Below, one piece after another: positions 1 to 12,499 of a DNA stretch of 19,369 bases. The stretch is taken from the NCBI GenBank assembly GCA_024626585.2, contig JANKJI020000002.1, positions 242,832,288 through 242,851,656 on the forward strand, read 5' to 3'. A program made the translations under genes and the position numbers. Each line of letters begins with the position of its first letter. The stretch's first letter is position 1. The notes under the pieces were generated by a model. That model did no database searches, was not told the DNA's origin, and saw nothing but the letters and a program-made list of their open reading frames with translations. The DNA comes from Ginkgo biloba (taxonomy: Eukaryota > Plantae > Ginkgophyta).

Positions 1-903
1 CGAAGTTTGCATGCATGCAAAATATTCCTTAGGAGTTATGGTCTTGAGAAAAAATGTGCAGGGCAGTGATGCTGTAGCATCTAATTTTGGATCAACGATT
101 GCAAATTTTGGCTTTAGTTTTGGAAAGATCAATAGGCGAATGAGGAGTGGAGGTCTTATTCATCATCAACGATCGATAAGGAGAGAACCAACATACCGTC
201 AACGATCGATAGGAAGGCAACTGTCAGCGACAACAATAGTTTGCCGACACTGACATTGACAAATGCAAGGTTAGCTGAAAACAACACTAGAAAATCAACA
301 TGTAGGGGGTTAGTAGTCATAATGGGAATTTTGGAACTTAGACAGTAGTTGGAGGATACCTACCAGAGACTTATTCACTTGCACATGAAGAGTAAAGACA
401 ATTTTAATGCCTCATAAACCTTGCGCAGAAGTAAGAAGTTTGGGCACCATATAGGACCTTCTAGAAGAAAGGGGAGGAATTGAGAAGCAGGGATATTGGA
501 GAAGGCAGAGCAAAGAGGAGGAAAAGGAAAAGGAGGGAGAAAGGAATGAAAAAAGAGAGAGACACATAGCAGAGTAACAAGGAGAGCAAGGGGAGAAGAG
601 TTTGTACTAGCACGAGGAAGCTAGTGTCCTTTGAGAAAGGATAGTTTGTGCAGTTACTCCTTCTGAGCAAGGAGAGCATTATTTTGTAATTGCACACTGG
701 TTGCATTATGTATGTAAACCCCTTTGGTGTTGAAATTAATAGAAGTTGTTCTATTCCTTATTTAGATCGCCATGTGTGCTAGTGTATTTGCATTTGTGAG
801 TTTGACTCTCTCTCTCTCTGCATTAAGGTTAGCAGAGTTGTTTATCGTTCTTAGGTGTTGCATTCATCTGGCATATAGTGGAAAAAGTCAGGCGACTGCA
901 TTA
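1..903 (+). mobile_element. 5' LTR (left-truncated by the window edge) of a Ty3/gypsy CRM-like retrotransposon
   Basis: Ends ...caggcgactgcatta (903), a decayed version of the cagacgacctgcatca end of the LTR at 4097 (minus strand). Followed after 2 nt by a PBS and then a gag remnant. Confidence 0.7.
806..819. repeat. (CT)7 microsatellite within the LTR
   Basis: Read directly from the sequence. Confidence 0.9.
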
Positions 904-905
904 TT

Positions 906-917
906 TGGGATCAGAGT
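906..917 (+). promoter_or_regulatory. Primer binding site (tRNA-iMet type), degenerate
   Basis: TGGGATCAGAGT, 10/12 match to TGGTATCAGAGC, located between an LTR-like end and gag. Confidence 0.7.
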
Positions 918-1147
918 GGTTAAGGTCTGGAAGTTGTAACTGCAAGAGGAAGGCTATGAGAAGTTGTTAAAGGTTGGCCGAGAAGTGGTTGAGGTGGTGG
1001 TGAGAGGAGCCAAAAGGCTTGGAGGTGTTGAAGTTGGTAAGTGAAATCAAAAGAGAACCCTAGATGTAGAGTGAATGGGTTGGAATGATGAAGATGGCAC
1101 TGTGGAGAGAAGTGATTGGTGGAGAAGGAAACACTGACATTTCAGAG

Positions 1148-1423
1148 ATGGAAACCCTAAGAAAACAAGTTAAAGAATTGCAGAATGAACAGAGAAAAGG
1201 AAGAGTCTATGATGACTAATAGTCATAATTGGAGCAAGAGGAGATTGAACGATGAGCACCTTAGAGGCCAGAAGATTTTGATGCATTATTTTTAGAGGTA
1301 CTGAAGAGCTGAAGAAGTGAAACTAATATGGAGATTCCGAGCTTTAGAGGGAGCTTGAAACCGAAAGATTTGTTGGATTGGGTAGGAGGCTTGGATAAAT
1401 ATTTTTATTAGGAGGAAATGGAG
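1148..1423 (+). pseudogene. gag: Degenerate gag N-terminal fragment, CRM-like gypsy
   Basis: 1148: METLRKQVKELQNEQRKGRVYDD*. 1328-1423: MEIPSFRGSLKPKDLLDWVGGLDKYFY*EEME, matching the CRM gag motif K.(D/E)IP.F.G.L....(F/L)LDW......F. Contains stops and is cut by a gap at 1424. Confidence 0.8.
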
Positions 1424-2985
1424 NNNNNNNNNNNNNNNNNNNNNNNNNNNNNNNNNNNNNNNNNNNNNNNNNNNNNNNNNNNNNNNNNNNNNNNNNNNNN
1501 NNNNNNNNNNNNNNNNNNNNNNNTACTCATAGATTCAACATAATTCAGGCTTGGACATAAACTAGCAGCACTCAATATATAGCTAAACACGTATACATTC
1601 ATCACAACATATAAATGCATCTCAATAGTAGTGCTTGATTAGACACAATGCATATATTAAGATGAATGAGGAAATACATAAAATTATATTTGTAACCAAA
1701 AAATAGTAGCACTCGATCATTAGGTTCAAATAAATATTTTGTACAATATATATGAAGAGGGAAATTGCTACACATCGAATGAAAATGATATTTAAAACCA
1801 TAAACCAATAGCACTCAATATTTGAATGCAAAATTATGATCCAAATTCACTTGGGGCAATCCCTCTTTTAGTTGATAATTTGTAAGAATGGACTAGACCT
1901 GATGAGATGGAGGCAACATAGAAAATACATAGAATACATAAAGTAAAATCAATTATCTCACCAACATTGCTCTGGTGGAATCCCTCCTTCCTTTTATCTC
2001 ATTATTATTCTCCCCTTTATACTTTTCTTACTCGAATCGTTAGGGGAGGTTGGTGACCTTGGTGTACCTCTAAAACCTTCTTTATAATAGTAATGCAAGC
2101 CTCTTTAATTGCTCCTTTATGGATTAGTATGGTCCCTACAACTACCATCTTTATTTAGGCATGTCTCCCACCTTCAACCCTTGTGAAGCTTCCTTCTCAT
2201 AGATGCTTAGGTGTGTACTTGACATAGGAGCATCCCTACAGCACAATTGAGAGTGTAATTTTTATGAAATTTTGATATAACTAATGAAATGGCAGGTACT
2301 AAGTGAATCGAAAAGGCATTTTAAGGAGGAAAGATCAATCAACAACGATAAGGCCAATTGGGTGAGCACTAATAAGTTACGACGATAGATGAGAATTGAT
2401 AATGGAAGGAATTTGACATTCTGTAGAGAAAACCAATAGTAGCAAGGAGGATAAGGAGTGAGCATGAGTAAAGCATCAATAAGTGGAAGACCACGGTGAA
2501 GAGTGGGAGGTAACACAAGGCATGTCAAAGTAGTACACTAATCCAACCATAGTGGAAGAAACTAGTAATGCTGTACATGTATACTCGTATATCAATTGAA
2601 GCAAGAATCTTGAGTCCCACACATATTAAATAAGAAAATTTTGAAATAACCTTAGGTAAGAAATCATCTATAATGGCTCAAATGGTGAATGCGACTGTAT
2701 GTCATAGACTATCATGAAGAAGTCATTTATTATAATAACTACTATGCAACGAGTAGAAGGTAGTTGTTGTAGTGTCTAATGATGAGAGTCATTGAAGAGT
2801 TTTAATGGAGTTCATCTATAATAATGTTAGGGCCAGAGACATTAGCGCCTAATATTTTTTAAAGTTAGAATGAGTGCCAAGAAGAAAGCGGGGGCAAAGG
2901 GGGGAGGAAGGAGATCAGAGTGAGATAAGGAAAGAGGAGATGAAAGGTGAAAATCATTGAGCATGAGGTAGTTCTAAAGGAAGAA

Positions 2986-3693
2986 TGATGCAACTCATTA
3001 TTGAGGGGGATGACCAAAAAAAAAGAAAAAAATTTGAACCTCTTATAGCTTGGAACAAGCCCTATGTCCATAAGAATGTGCATCAAACTTAACAAAAATA
3101 ATTCACACACACATGGGCTCAGTACTGAATTTGAATTTTCGCTCTTAATTCTTCTATTACTCCAAAAATATTATAAATGCATGCAAAATACAAGTTTACA
3201 AATATTCCGATCCAAAATACATAAATTATAAATTATCAGTCTACCCTCAAGAAGATATTACATCAAGTTCCACACTCATACAGTAGATAGATCACCACCA
3301 TAATAATTCAACTATTTTAATCTCCCTAAATCCCCTTGATTCCTTACCTACACACACGGTTGCCTCCCCATCATAGTTTATGCCATTAAGCTCTTTTTTT
3401 CTTACAAATTAGACTTGCAATCCTCTTCTCTATTCCAATCTCTTGGACACTCAGTCCTTTGCTCATACATTACTCCTTTGACTCCACCACTCTTCTCTCT
3501 TGGCTATCCTACCTGGGTGTTCTTCCCTTCCCTTCTTCAAATTGCATTATATTTCTAATTTGAGTGCATCCAACCTCCAAGTACTCATTTGTTGTAGGCA
3601 TTAATGACCTATCAAGTACTCCTCCAATCATTGCTCACCACGGTGGATTGACCCATGCCTGCACTATGCTCATTCGTCACTCAATATTTGTCA
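2986..3693 (-). mobile_element. Truncated LTR copy (3' portion) of the same family as 4097-5495
   Basis: Begins TGATGCA on + like the copy at 4097 and is colinear with it (tttgaacctctta..cttggaacaagcccta at 3033 and 4141; gcatccaacctccaagtactca in both). Both give the same spurious ORF, MHPTSKYS..GINDLS. No PBS next to it, so it is a 3' or solo LTR. Cut by a gap. Confidence 0.8.
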
Positions 3694-4096
3694 NNNNNNN
3701 NNNNNNNNNNNNNNNNNNNNNNNNNNNNNNNNNNNNNNNNNNNNNNNNNNNNNNNNNNNNNNNNNNNNNNNNNNNNNNNNNNNNNNNNNNNNNTACCATT
3801 TAAAAATGGAGATTTGGGTATGAGATAAATAGAATGATCGACATGTCTCTTAGGTGAAATTCTTTTATTTTCCTTAAAAACATCTTAGTATTATTACAAT
3901 AAAGTATGCAATTTTATATTTTGGAATTTATTCTATAAATAATTTTGTTAGACATTTATTTTCTTACTTAGAAAAGGAGATATTTAGCATCTTCCCATCA
4001 AAATTACATACGTTTAAGATAATTTTCTAAACATTTCACTNNNNNNNNNNAAACCGATAATAAAATTATAAGCATTGATAATATAGTGTGGAATAT

Positions 4097-5495
4097 TGAT
4101 GCAGGTCGTCTGGGGAATGACTCGCTAGTAGGGAAAAATCTTTGAACCTCTTATGACTTGGAACAAGCCCTAGAGCTCATAGAATGTACAACAAATAATG
4201 AAGTTAAACATTCACACAATTTACCACATTTGAATATGAATGCTTAGTTTTAATCCTTTTATTATTCAGTAAAATATTATAGATGCATGAAAATACAAGA
4301 TAACAAATCTTTCAATTTGAAATACATAAATTATAAACTCTGAGTCCACTCTTAGGAAAATATTATACCTAATTCCATACCCATTTAGTAGGTGAATCAA
4401 CACTACAATAACTCAACTATTTTAATCTCCCTGAATCCCCTCAATTCCTTGGCTACACATATGGCTTCCTCACCATCGACGTTTCTGTCAGTAATATTTT
4501 ATCATAAATTANNNNNNNNNNGACTCACACCCCGCTTCTCCATTCCAATCCCTTGTACACTTAGTCCTCTTCTCATGTGTTATTCCTTTCGATCCCCCCT
4601 ATTATCCTACCTCCATACTATCCCCTTTTTTGAATTTAAATTATCTTTCAATTTTGATGCATCCAACCTCCAAGTACTCAGTTGGTGAAGGCATTAATGA
4701 CCTATCATGTACTCCTCTAATTTTTGCTCACCATAGTAGATTTAAATATGCTTACACCATGCTCATTCACTGCTCAATAACTTCCATATTTAAATACTGG
4801 TCCTTCTTTGGCTCTTTGTTGTCATTAAATTTGGTAGGTGCAGTTAGTGGAGCTTCCTCATTGTCCATCTTAACATTGCTTCCTCTTATTTGGTTGAATA
4901 TCCAATTTTGGCCTTTTATTTTAATCCTGGAATAATTCAACCTATTTTTCTTTAATTCAACATTTTTAGTCTTGAACATGTCAGCCTTTCCCTATTAGTC
5001 TACACTAAACCTGTCAATGTTAGTCAGATCTTCCTTGACCATGTTGGTCTTCAATTAATCCATCAATGTCTATCACCAACTCCCCACTGACCATATCAAT
5101 TCCTAATTTCTCATGTCAACGCCAATCATTCGCTCACCAATGATGTCATTATCCACTACCTTCCTCCTGCTACCTATTGACGATGTCATTTTTATCCAAC
5201 AACGTCAATTTTATCCTATGACATTAGTTGGCTTCCACACTTTATGTCAGTTGACGTTAATATCTTTGTTTTTTACACAAACCCATGTATGTGTCATTCA
5301 GAAATAAATCAACACATGACAAGCCCTATGACCATGTCGGTCATCGATCTCCTTCAATTTTCTAAGGCACTTAGCTGAGGATGAAATAAAATACCTCATT
5401 GACACGATCTCCTACACTTAATGTCAGCAACATCAAAAATCTTCTCCCTCCTGTCAAAGGGAAATTTTTTAAATTTACATGATGCCCCTGTATCA
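4097..5495 (-). mobile_element. Complete 3' LTR (~1.4 kb) of a CRM-like chromovirus
   Basis: On the minus strand it starts TGATACAGGGG (5495) and ends CCTGCATCA (4097), i.e. TGAT...ATCA termini typical of the CRM clade. It is directly preceded by a PPT and the integrase. Confidence 0.85.
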
Positions 5496-5508
5496 TCCTC
5501 CCTTACTT
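5496..5508 (-). promoter_or_regulatory. Polypurine tract
   Basis: Minus strand reads ttttc-AAGTAAGGGAGGA-TGATAC, close to the CRM-type AAGAAGGGGAGGA-TGATG junction. Confidence 0.85.
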
Positions 5509-5541
5509 GAAAAATTTACACATGAGCTCTTATTCATGTAA

Positions 5542-6857
5542 TTATTCATACTCTACCCACTTATCTTCATCTATTTTCTTTAACTCTACTTTGTTCATCC
5601 AAGTGTTATCCTTTGGCTGTAAGCCTATCCACTTTACTAGGTATGTGTTGTATTTTCCATGCCTAGTCTCCATTATCCTCTTATCTAAGATTTCTTCTAT
5701 TTCTTCCTTCTTCTTCTTAGGTAACTTATTTTTCCATTCAATGGCATCATCTTCTTCTTTATCCTCTTAACCGTCATTGTACTTATAAAGATCTACCACA
5801 TTAAATATAGGTGAAATGTTATACTCATCTGGCAAGTCTATCCTATAGGAATTCTCGATGATTTTTCTTGACAATTTTACAAGGCCTGATATTTTTACAC
5901 TTGATCTTGTTGTATGTCCCCTTTGGAAATATGTCTTTCCTCAAGTGCACCATGACACTGTCACTGACATTAAATTCCTGATGTTGTTGGCCTTGATCCA
6001 CATCAATTTTATACTTATCAGTTCTCTTCTCTAATATTTTTCAAACTTCCTCCTACACTTGTCGAATGTGCTCTGCCATAGCTTCAACGTCGTCATTGAT
6101 TTTCTCCTCGATTGACAAACTTACCAAGTCCATGACCACCCTTGGTGTTTTTCCATATGAAACCTATCTAGTGGATGGATTAACTGAACTATAATAGGAA
6201 AACTCAGCTTATGCCAATACCATATCCCATTGTTTGGGTTTACTCCCTGCCAAGCTTCTCAACAAGTTTCCCAATGACCAATTCACCACCTCAATTTGTC
6301 CATATGTCTAAGGATGATATGCACTATTGTACTATAATTTTATATCCATTTTTTGCCAAAAATGACTCAAAAAATTATTGTCCCTATTCAACGTAATGGG
6401 ATTTGGTAGTCCATGCAATCTCATAATCTTCTAAAAGAATAGATTAGTTGTCATGATAGCATCATTGGTCTTTTGCATGGAATAAAATGAGACATTCTAT
6501 AAAAATGATCTAAAACAATGAACACGTACTTATTACCTCTTTGTATGCATGGAAATCCTAATATGAATTACATAGAGATGTTCGTCCATGGTCCTGATGG
6601 AATTGGTAATGGATTATATAACCCAATTTTTTATGCTTGTCCCTTATCCATTTGTCATATTTTGTACCTTTCCACAATTTTTCTCACCTATTTATTCATC
6701 CCCAACTAATAGTATCTCTCCTCAACAATTGTCAATGTCTTATCCCTACCAAAGTGACCTCCTGATCCATCACTATGAACTTCTCAAATTAGGTTCTCCC
6801 TCATGGAATAGTCTGATATGAACAATTATTTTCCCTTGAATAAATAATCATCTTGCA
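5542..6857 (-). pseudogene. pol: Degenerate gypsy integrase (Zn-finger, core, GPY/F, C-terminal chromodomain), CRM-like
   Basis: Minus-strand translation gives QDDYLFKGK*LFISDYSMRENLI*EVHSDGSGGHFGRDKT; GLYNPLPIPSGPWTNISM*FILGFP; SAYHP*TYGQIEVVNWSLGNLLRSL; FNVSDSVMVHLRKDIFPKGTYNKIKCKNIRPCKIVKK; SYRIDLPDEYNISPIFNVVDL; IEEILDKRIMETRHGKYNTYLVKWIGLQPKDNTWM. Multiple stops and frameshifts. Confidence 0.95.
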
Positions 6858-7299
6858 NNNNNNNNNNNNNNNNNNNNNNNNNNNNNNNNNNNNNNNNNNN
6901 NNNNNNNNNNNNNNNNNNNNNNNNNNNNNNNNNNNNNNNNNNNNNNNNNNNNNNNNNAAGGTTGTTCTTCCATGTTCTCTATTTCCTAATAAGACAAACC
7001 ATTAGGTTCCATAGTATTTGGGTAGGATGGTATGTTTTTTTCTACTTCTCCATTAATTGGGGCATGTCTTGGAAGTTGGTGGGGTAATCCTAAGCTTATT
7101 GCTCTTCAATGGAGATTTCTATCATTATAACATTGGTAGGTAGAAGAATTTTTTTTTATCTTTAGTTTAGGTATTCATTACTTGGAAATACCATGTTACT
7201 TTCCCAACACCCACTTGCCTAAATCCCACCTGCCATTTCATGGCAATAATCTTTCTACTAAAATTTTGGATCAACCTCAATATTTTTGGAGATTCATTT

Positions 7300-7870
7300 T
7301 AGTGGATAGCATCCACCTTTTTCATGAGATTGTTCTTGATTAGGTGATTGAACCTCATTGCATCATCCAAATCATTTATAGTCTTATCTTTTAACTTGTA
7401 TCTCATATCTACTTCTAGGACCTGCATATAGAAGTAGAAGAAAATTTCATCAATAGGGAATAATTGAGATGGAATCTTACTCTTGACCTAATTAAATTGT
7501 AGGTTGAATCCTTTGATATATTCCATTTTATTTTTTTAAATTTTCATCAAGTATTTCAATAGAGAATGATTATTAATGGGGATACTATATTTATGCTTAA
7601 ATTGGGCAACTAATTCAACGTAATTTATGATGGAATTTTCTAGAAAAGAATCAAAATAGAGTAATACTTCATCTTTAAAGGTATGCACAAACAAACTTAT
7701 AGAAATATTATATGACGTTACTATTAATATATTATAGGATATTAAAAAAAGACCAAATGATCCTCTAAGATGATTGTCCCGTCTCCTTTAAAACTTGGGA
7801 GGTAATCTTTAGCTTTAGCTAGTAGAGGGTCCAAATTTACTCCCAAGTTCAATGGTCCAACAATGATCCG
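7300..7870 (-). pseudogene. gag: Degenerate Retrotrans_gag-like remnant of a different gypsy lineage
   Basis: Minus strand gives AKDYLPSFKGDGTIILEDHLVFF*; ISISLFVHTFKDEVLLYFDSFLENSIINYVELVAQFKHKY; MEYIKGFNLQFN*VKSKIP; DMRYKLKDKTINDLDDAMRFNHLIKNNL. These follow the gag pattern LP.F.G...EDHL..F / LF..T....A..WF..L...SI..W.EL...F. Boundaries are approximate. A possible decayed PBS lies at 8234-8246 (minus: tggtcattagagt). Confidence 0.75.
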
Positions 7871-9524
7871 TGTGGTTTCCATTAGTGCCAAACCAATTGG
7901 ATGAGGTGGAACTTGAGAAATAGGTAGGGGAGAGGAACTTACAAAAAATAGAGTGGCTCATAGCTTTAAAGGGATTGTGAGAAGGTACCTTGATTTATAA
8001 AGAGGTGTAGAAGACAAAGAAGAAATTAGGTTATTCAAAAGGAATATTAAAAGAAATACTTCAATTGTAGGATCAAGTGTGCCTCGAGTTTTATCTAACT
8101 TGGTGTAAGGTTTTCTTGATTCAATCAAATTGGACATTCAAACATGGATCACACCAATCATTAAATCATTCTCTAGTAGAGTCACTAGTTACATTAACAA
8201 TGATTTGTATACCCCATGGTTTGCATATGTTTGACTCTAATGACCAGGGGTGGTCTCACAAATGCGATAAGACTAAGGCAAGATGAACTTCATCTACTAT
8301 TTTAAGGGGTGGTTCCCTTATTATAAAGAATATAAAAATTTATACTAAAGTGGGTGAGTATTTATAATGAATACTCACACTATATAACGGGGTTCATCAT
8401 CTCTTTTTTCTTTTTTGGTTTTACTTAATAAAGAGGAAAAAATGAAGCACGCATAATAAGGAATACAAGAAAAAATAAGATATAGAAATATTATTGGAGT
8501 TAACGGGACACCAATAATAAAGAAATATTTAGATGATAATAAAAGGACAAAAATAAAAATAAAATAAGGGAAACACAAGACTNNNNNNNNNNNNNNNNNN
8601 NNNNNNNNNNNNNNNNNNNNNNNNNNNNNNNNNNNNNNNNNNNNNNNNNNNNNNNNNNNNNNNNNNNNNNNNNNNNNNNNNNAAAATAACTTAACACATA
8701 TGTGCCAATATGTCAATCAATTAAAATTAGTAATAAATAAATCACATAAGTTTTAAAACAGATATATATACTAACTTGGTACATATGTATTAAGTATTAA
8801 TTGATTAGAGATATTAATAAATAAATCATACATACTATTAAGTTTAATAATGACTTGTACATAATTATTCTGTATGCATTATATTTTTTTAAATGAACTT
8901 TTAAGTCTAAATATTTTAGCATTAACTTAGTAAAATGACTTATTTAAGCAACAAATATATTTTAATATTATACTTGTAACATATAAACATTTGACAATAA
9001 AAAGAATTTATGATAACCCCACTTTTAATAAAATTTAGCATATTATAATAACCCATTAACATGAATCTGATAAAATTATCTATATGTATCAACATTAAAC
9101 GCATTCAAGTTTTGATAGGTGGTAATAATTAACCACATGTATGGACTACTTATTACTAGCATACCTTCTGACATTGCAATTTAATTAAAACCAGATACAC
9201 TCTTTATTGAGAAAGTAAATAAGGATTACTTCTATTATATGATATGGGAAAATTAACACGCTCGAATTAAGAGCAAAAGAGTAAGTGTGGCAACTATATT
9301 AGTTAATTCAAAATATCATTGAGTAAATTTGAGCATGTTTAACAATCTTATTAGTAAATATATAACCTTATCATAATATGTGTGTAATGGGATAAGATTA
9401 GTGTATGGAACAAAAATATTTAGTGCACCTCTTCCGCTAAAGAATGTTATTCACTTCTTAATAAGTAGTTATTAAATAATATAAGAGAGAATTTATCTGA
9501 GACCCATTAATAGATTTATGTTAC

Positions 9525-9761
9525 TATTGGCAACAAAAATCCCCATCGCACGCCTACCGACACATGGCGGGAGAGATCCACACCAAGAACTTTAATTTTA
9601 ATTCTTTTGACTTTTAGTTAAAAATTTAAAAACTTAATTGACCTTGAGCCCCTTTTAAAATGACAGGGTCATCGTAGTACCAGGGCAGACTCAAAGTCAA
9701 AATGATGAGAAGTATGGATTATGGTCAAATGGGTGGATTAAAGGGTGTATTGTCACAATGT
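9525..9761. repeat. Copy 1 (partial, cut by gap) of an unclassified non-coding repeat
   Basis: Colinear with 10255-10490 and 12708-12885 (ggagagatcca(c/t)accaa; gactc(a/g)aagtcaaaatgat; ggtcaaatgggtg). Confidence 0.9.
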
Positions 9762-9862
9762 NNNNNNNNNNNNNNNNNNNNNNNNNNNNNNNNNNNNNNN
9801 NNNNNNNNNNNNNNNNNNNNNNNNNNNNNNNNNNNNNNNNNNNNNNNNNNNNNNNNNNNNNG

Positions 9863-10960
9863 TTTCACTAGTTTTACTTTCCAAAGTGGAAATTTAATTT
9901 ATTGTGTGATTTATTACTTACATGTGTGTAGCATGCTCAATCAACTTTTAAATAAACAATATGATGATCCCTATAATGATCATAAACTCATAATTCATTT
10001 CTTCTAAGGTGATATTTTATGATGTTTGGATGTTGATTGACAATTATACCTATTAACTTCCTTCGATTGTGTTTAACAAGATTTTACATTTAATTACATG
10101 CCATTTAATGAGGTTTAACTTCTTATTATGATGCCAAAAGATATTATTTATGGCAAGTGCAATTGATTTGTGGTTCAATTTGTATGTGACTTTAATCTCT
10201 GATTATAAAGTACTATGGTCGCGAGTGAATCCCTAATAGCGACGCTAAAAGATGTTGGTAACAAAAATTCCCACTGCATGTCCGTCGATACGTGGAAGGA
10301 GAGATCCACACCAATAACCTTGGTTTTAATTCTTTTAACTTTTAATTGAAAATTTTAAAACTAAATCAACCTCAAGTTCTTTTTAAAATGATAAGGTCAT
10401 TATAGTACTACAGTAGACTCGAAGTCAAAATGATAAGAAGTGTGGATTCTGGTCAAATGGGTGAATTAAAAGGTGTATTATCATGATGTTAATATTTGGT
10501 GGTCAAGTGTGGCCCTTGGCTTCATACCTTGGTAAATACATCAATTTAATTTCACCCCAAATGTTTAAATTTATATTTCAAAGGCTAGTAAAAGCTTTGT
10601 ATTGCTACACCCTTATCCACTGACCTATTAATGTAGATCAACGTTAATGATTTTCAAATGCTTAATAATCACACATGCACACTAAACCTTAATTAATAAC
10701 CATGATTCTTAATTTTGATTTTATTTTATTTGTATTAATGATGTAATCTTAAGAGAAACCCTTCGTGATTGAATAGTTCTTTTATATGATTTATGGATGT
10801 ATAAAATTGAGAGGTCATAACTTTAATTCCTCTTATTAGAACTACTAAAATTTCCCTAGAAATTTTTGACCTTTTATCTCCCTATAATGAGATCTTATGG
10901 TCATTCTAGAATACCTAAGGCTAAGAACCAAAGGTGCCAATGCAACCTTAAGAAACCTAT
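9863..10960. repeat. Copy 2 of the unclassified repeat
   Basis: Shares blocks with 12500-13375: tggaaattta...gtgatttattactta, the hairpin block, atttcaccccaaatgtttaaattt, ctagtaaaagctttgtatt, aatttttgacctttta. Right boundary is approximate. Confidence 0.9.
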
Positions 10961-12499
10961 TTAATGTTTAATTTAAATTTATCATAAGCTTACAAATTAT
11001 AACATAATCACCCCATTCAATTATGCCATGAAAGAGAAGTCTTCGTAATAACCATGGGTTAAAGTAAAATGACCTATATAAAGATAACTCAGGTCTTTCT
11101 TCAATGAAAAAATAATATATAGTTTATAAAATGATGATTCTTAAAAGGAGAAAATGGTTAAATTACACCTTAATAAATGAAAAAATAAGATATAAATATT
11201 ATTAAAAAATTGTAAAATAACCTTTTCGTTGATGATTATTGATTTCTAAATATTCTGAGAAATTGTTGGTATGTTTGTATTTTACACCCTTAAAAAGTTA
11301 TATTTAGTATTACTACGAAAGAAAATAAACCTTATAACATCATCTGGCACATAATAAATTTGTTTGTATTATATAAGACCATTTTATTATCAATTTATAT
11401 TTCTTCAAGCCATGTATAATTATTACAGTAATAAATAAAGAGTAGAACTTAAATATGTTATGTATTTTAAAAGTAATTTATCAATTTATCAAAGAAAAAT
11501 ACAAATACACGTGGAAATAATAGAGATAGGGATAGATAGGGAACCAATATCCATTATTATTGGAGTTTATATAAATCATAGATTATATCTATAGTATATT
11601 TATGATATTATCCTTTTATAAATTGCTTCATGTAATTAGTATATTCTCAATCTCATTAAAAAATGATTATATTTCATGTTTCTCACCATCTTTATCTTTA
11701 TCATTTAAATTTTCATTATTAATATTCTAAAGTGNNNNNNNNNNNNNNNNNNGATGAAACCATGTTAATATACTATCATTATCTAAACTCTCTTTAATTG
11801 GAATATTTGTAGGAACACCAATAGGATCAACCTCATTACATCATTAGGAGCAACTTCCTTGCTAATATTGTCTTCTTTAATGGAATTAATATCTTCCATA
11901 TTTTTTATTGAAAGGGATGTTATCATCATTGGATATATCTCTATCCATATCATTATCATTATGAACCTCATCAATAGGATCTTGATNNNNNNNNNNNNNN
12001 NNNNNNNNNNNNNNNNNNNNNNNNNNNNNNNNNNNNNNNNNNNNNNNNNNNNNNNNNNNNNNNNNNNNNNNNNNNNNNNNNNNNNNTTTTTTCCTTTTTA
12101 TTTTTATATCCTTGTGGCAATTGAAACTAGAAACCATCAACTATAAATCTAACAACTACACTCACTGATGAACAACAAAAGGGCTTACCATCAAGTTACA
12201 GAGAAGATCTAATAAGATAGGGAAAGGATTGGTAGGTCATCGCATGGCATATAATGTGTGTACTCTCTCTCAATGCATGTTTACTATTATGTGGATGCTA
12301 GTCCCTAGGGAGGGGGATACCTATTGATACTAATCTACTCTTTTATTATGCATTTTTCTTTTTGTTTAATTTTTTCCTAATGTGACAAAATCATGGTCCT
12401 AAATGAGACCCTACGTGCAATAGAGGGTTCTAAGGCCAAAAATTTATATACATTTTTTTTTTGTGTGTAAAACTTGAATGACATGTTTTGATCAATTAA

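Noticed and set aside
166-211. CRISPR-like repeat-spacer pattern
   Set aside because: Only two exact 13-bp copies, inside a plant LTR, with no cas genes.
1524-2985. Probable TE-derived segments
   Set aside because: No recognisable termini or protein motifs, so they could not be classified by eye.
2976-2992. PPT-like aaaggaagaa before TGATG, suggesting a + strand LTR start
   Set aside because: The downstream sequence is colinear with the 3' end of the minus-strand LTR at 4097, and the flank is generally purine-rich.
5542-7870. gag (7300-7870) and integrase (5542-6857) as one element
   Set aside because: They share a strand but are separated by an unsized gap, and the gag motif differs from the CRM-type gag seen at 1328. 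Continuity is unsupported.
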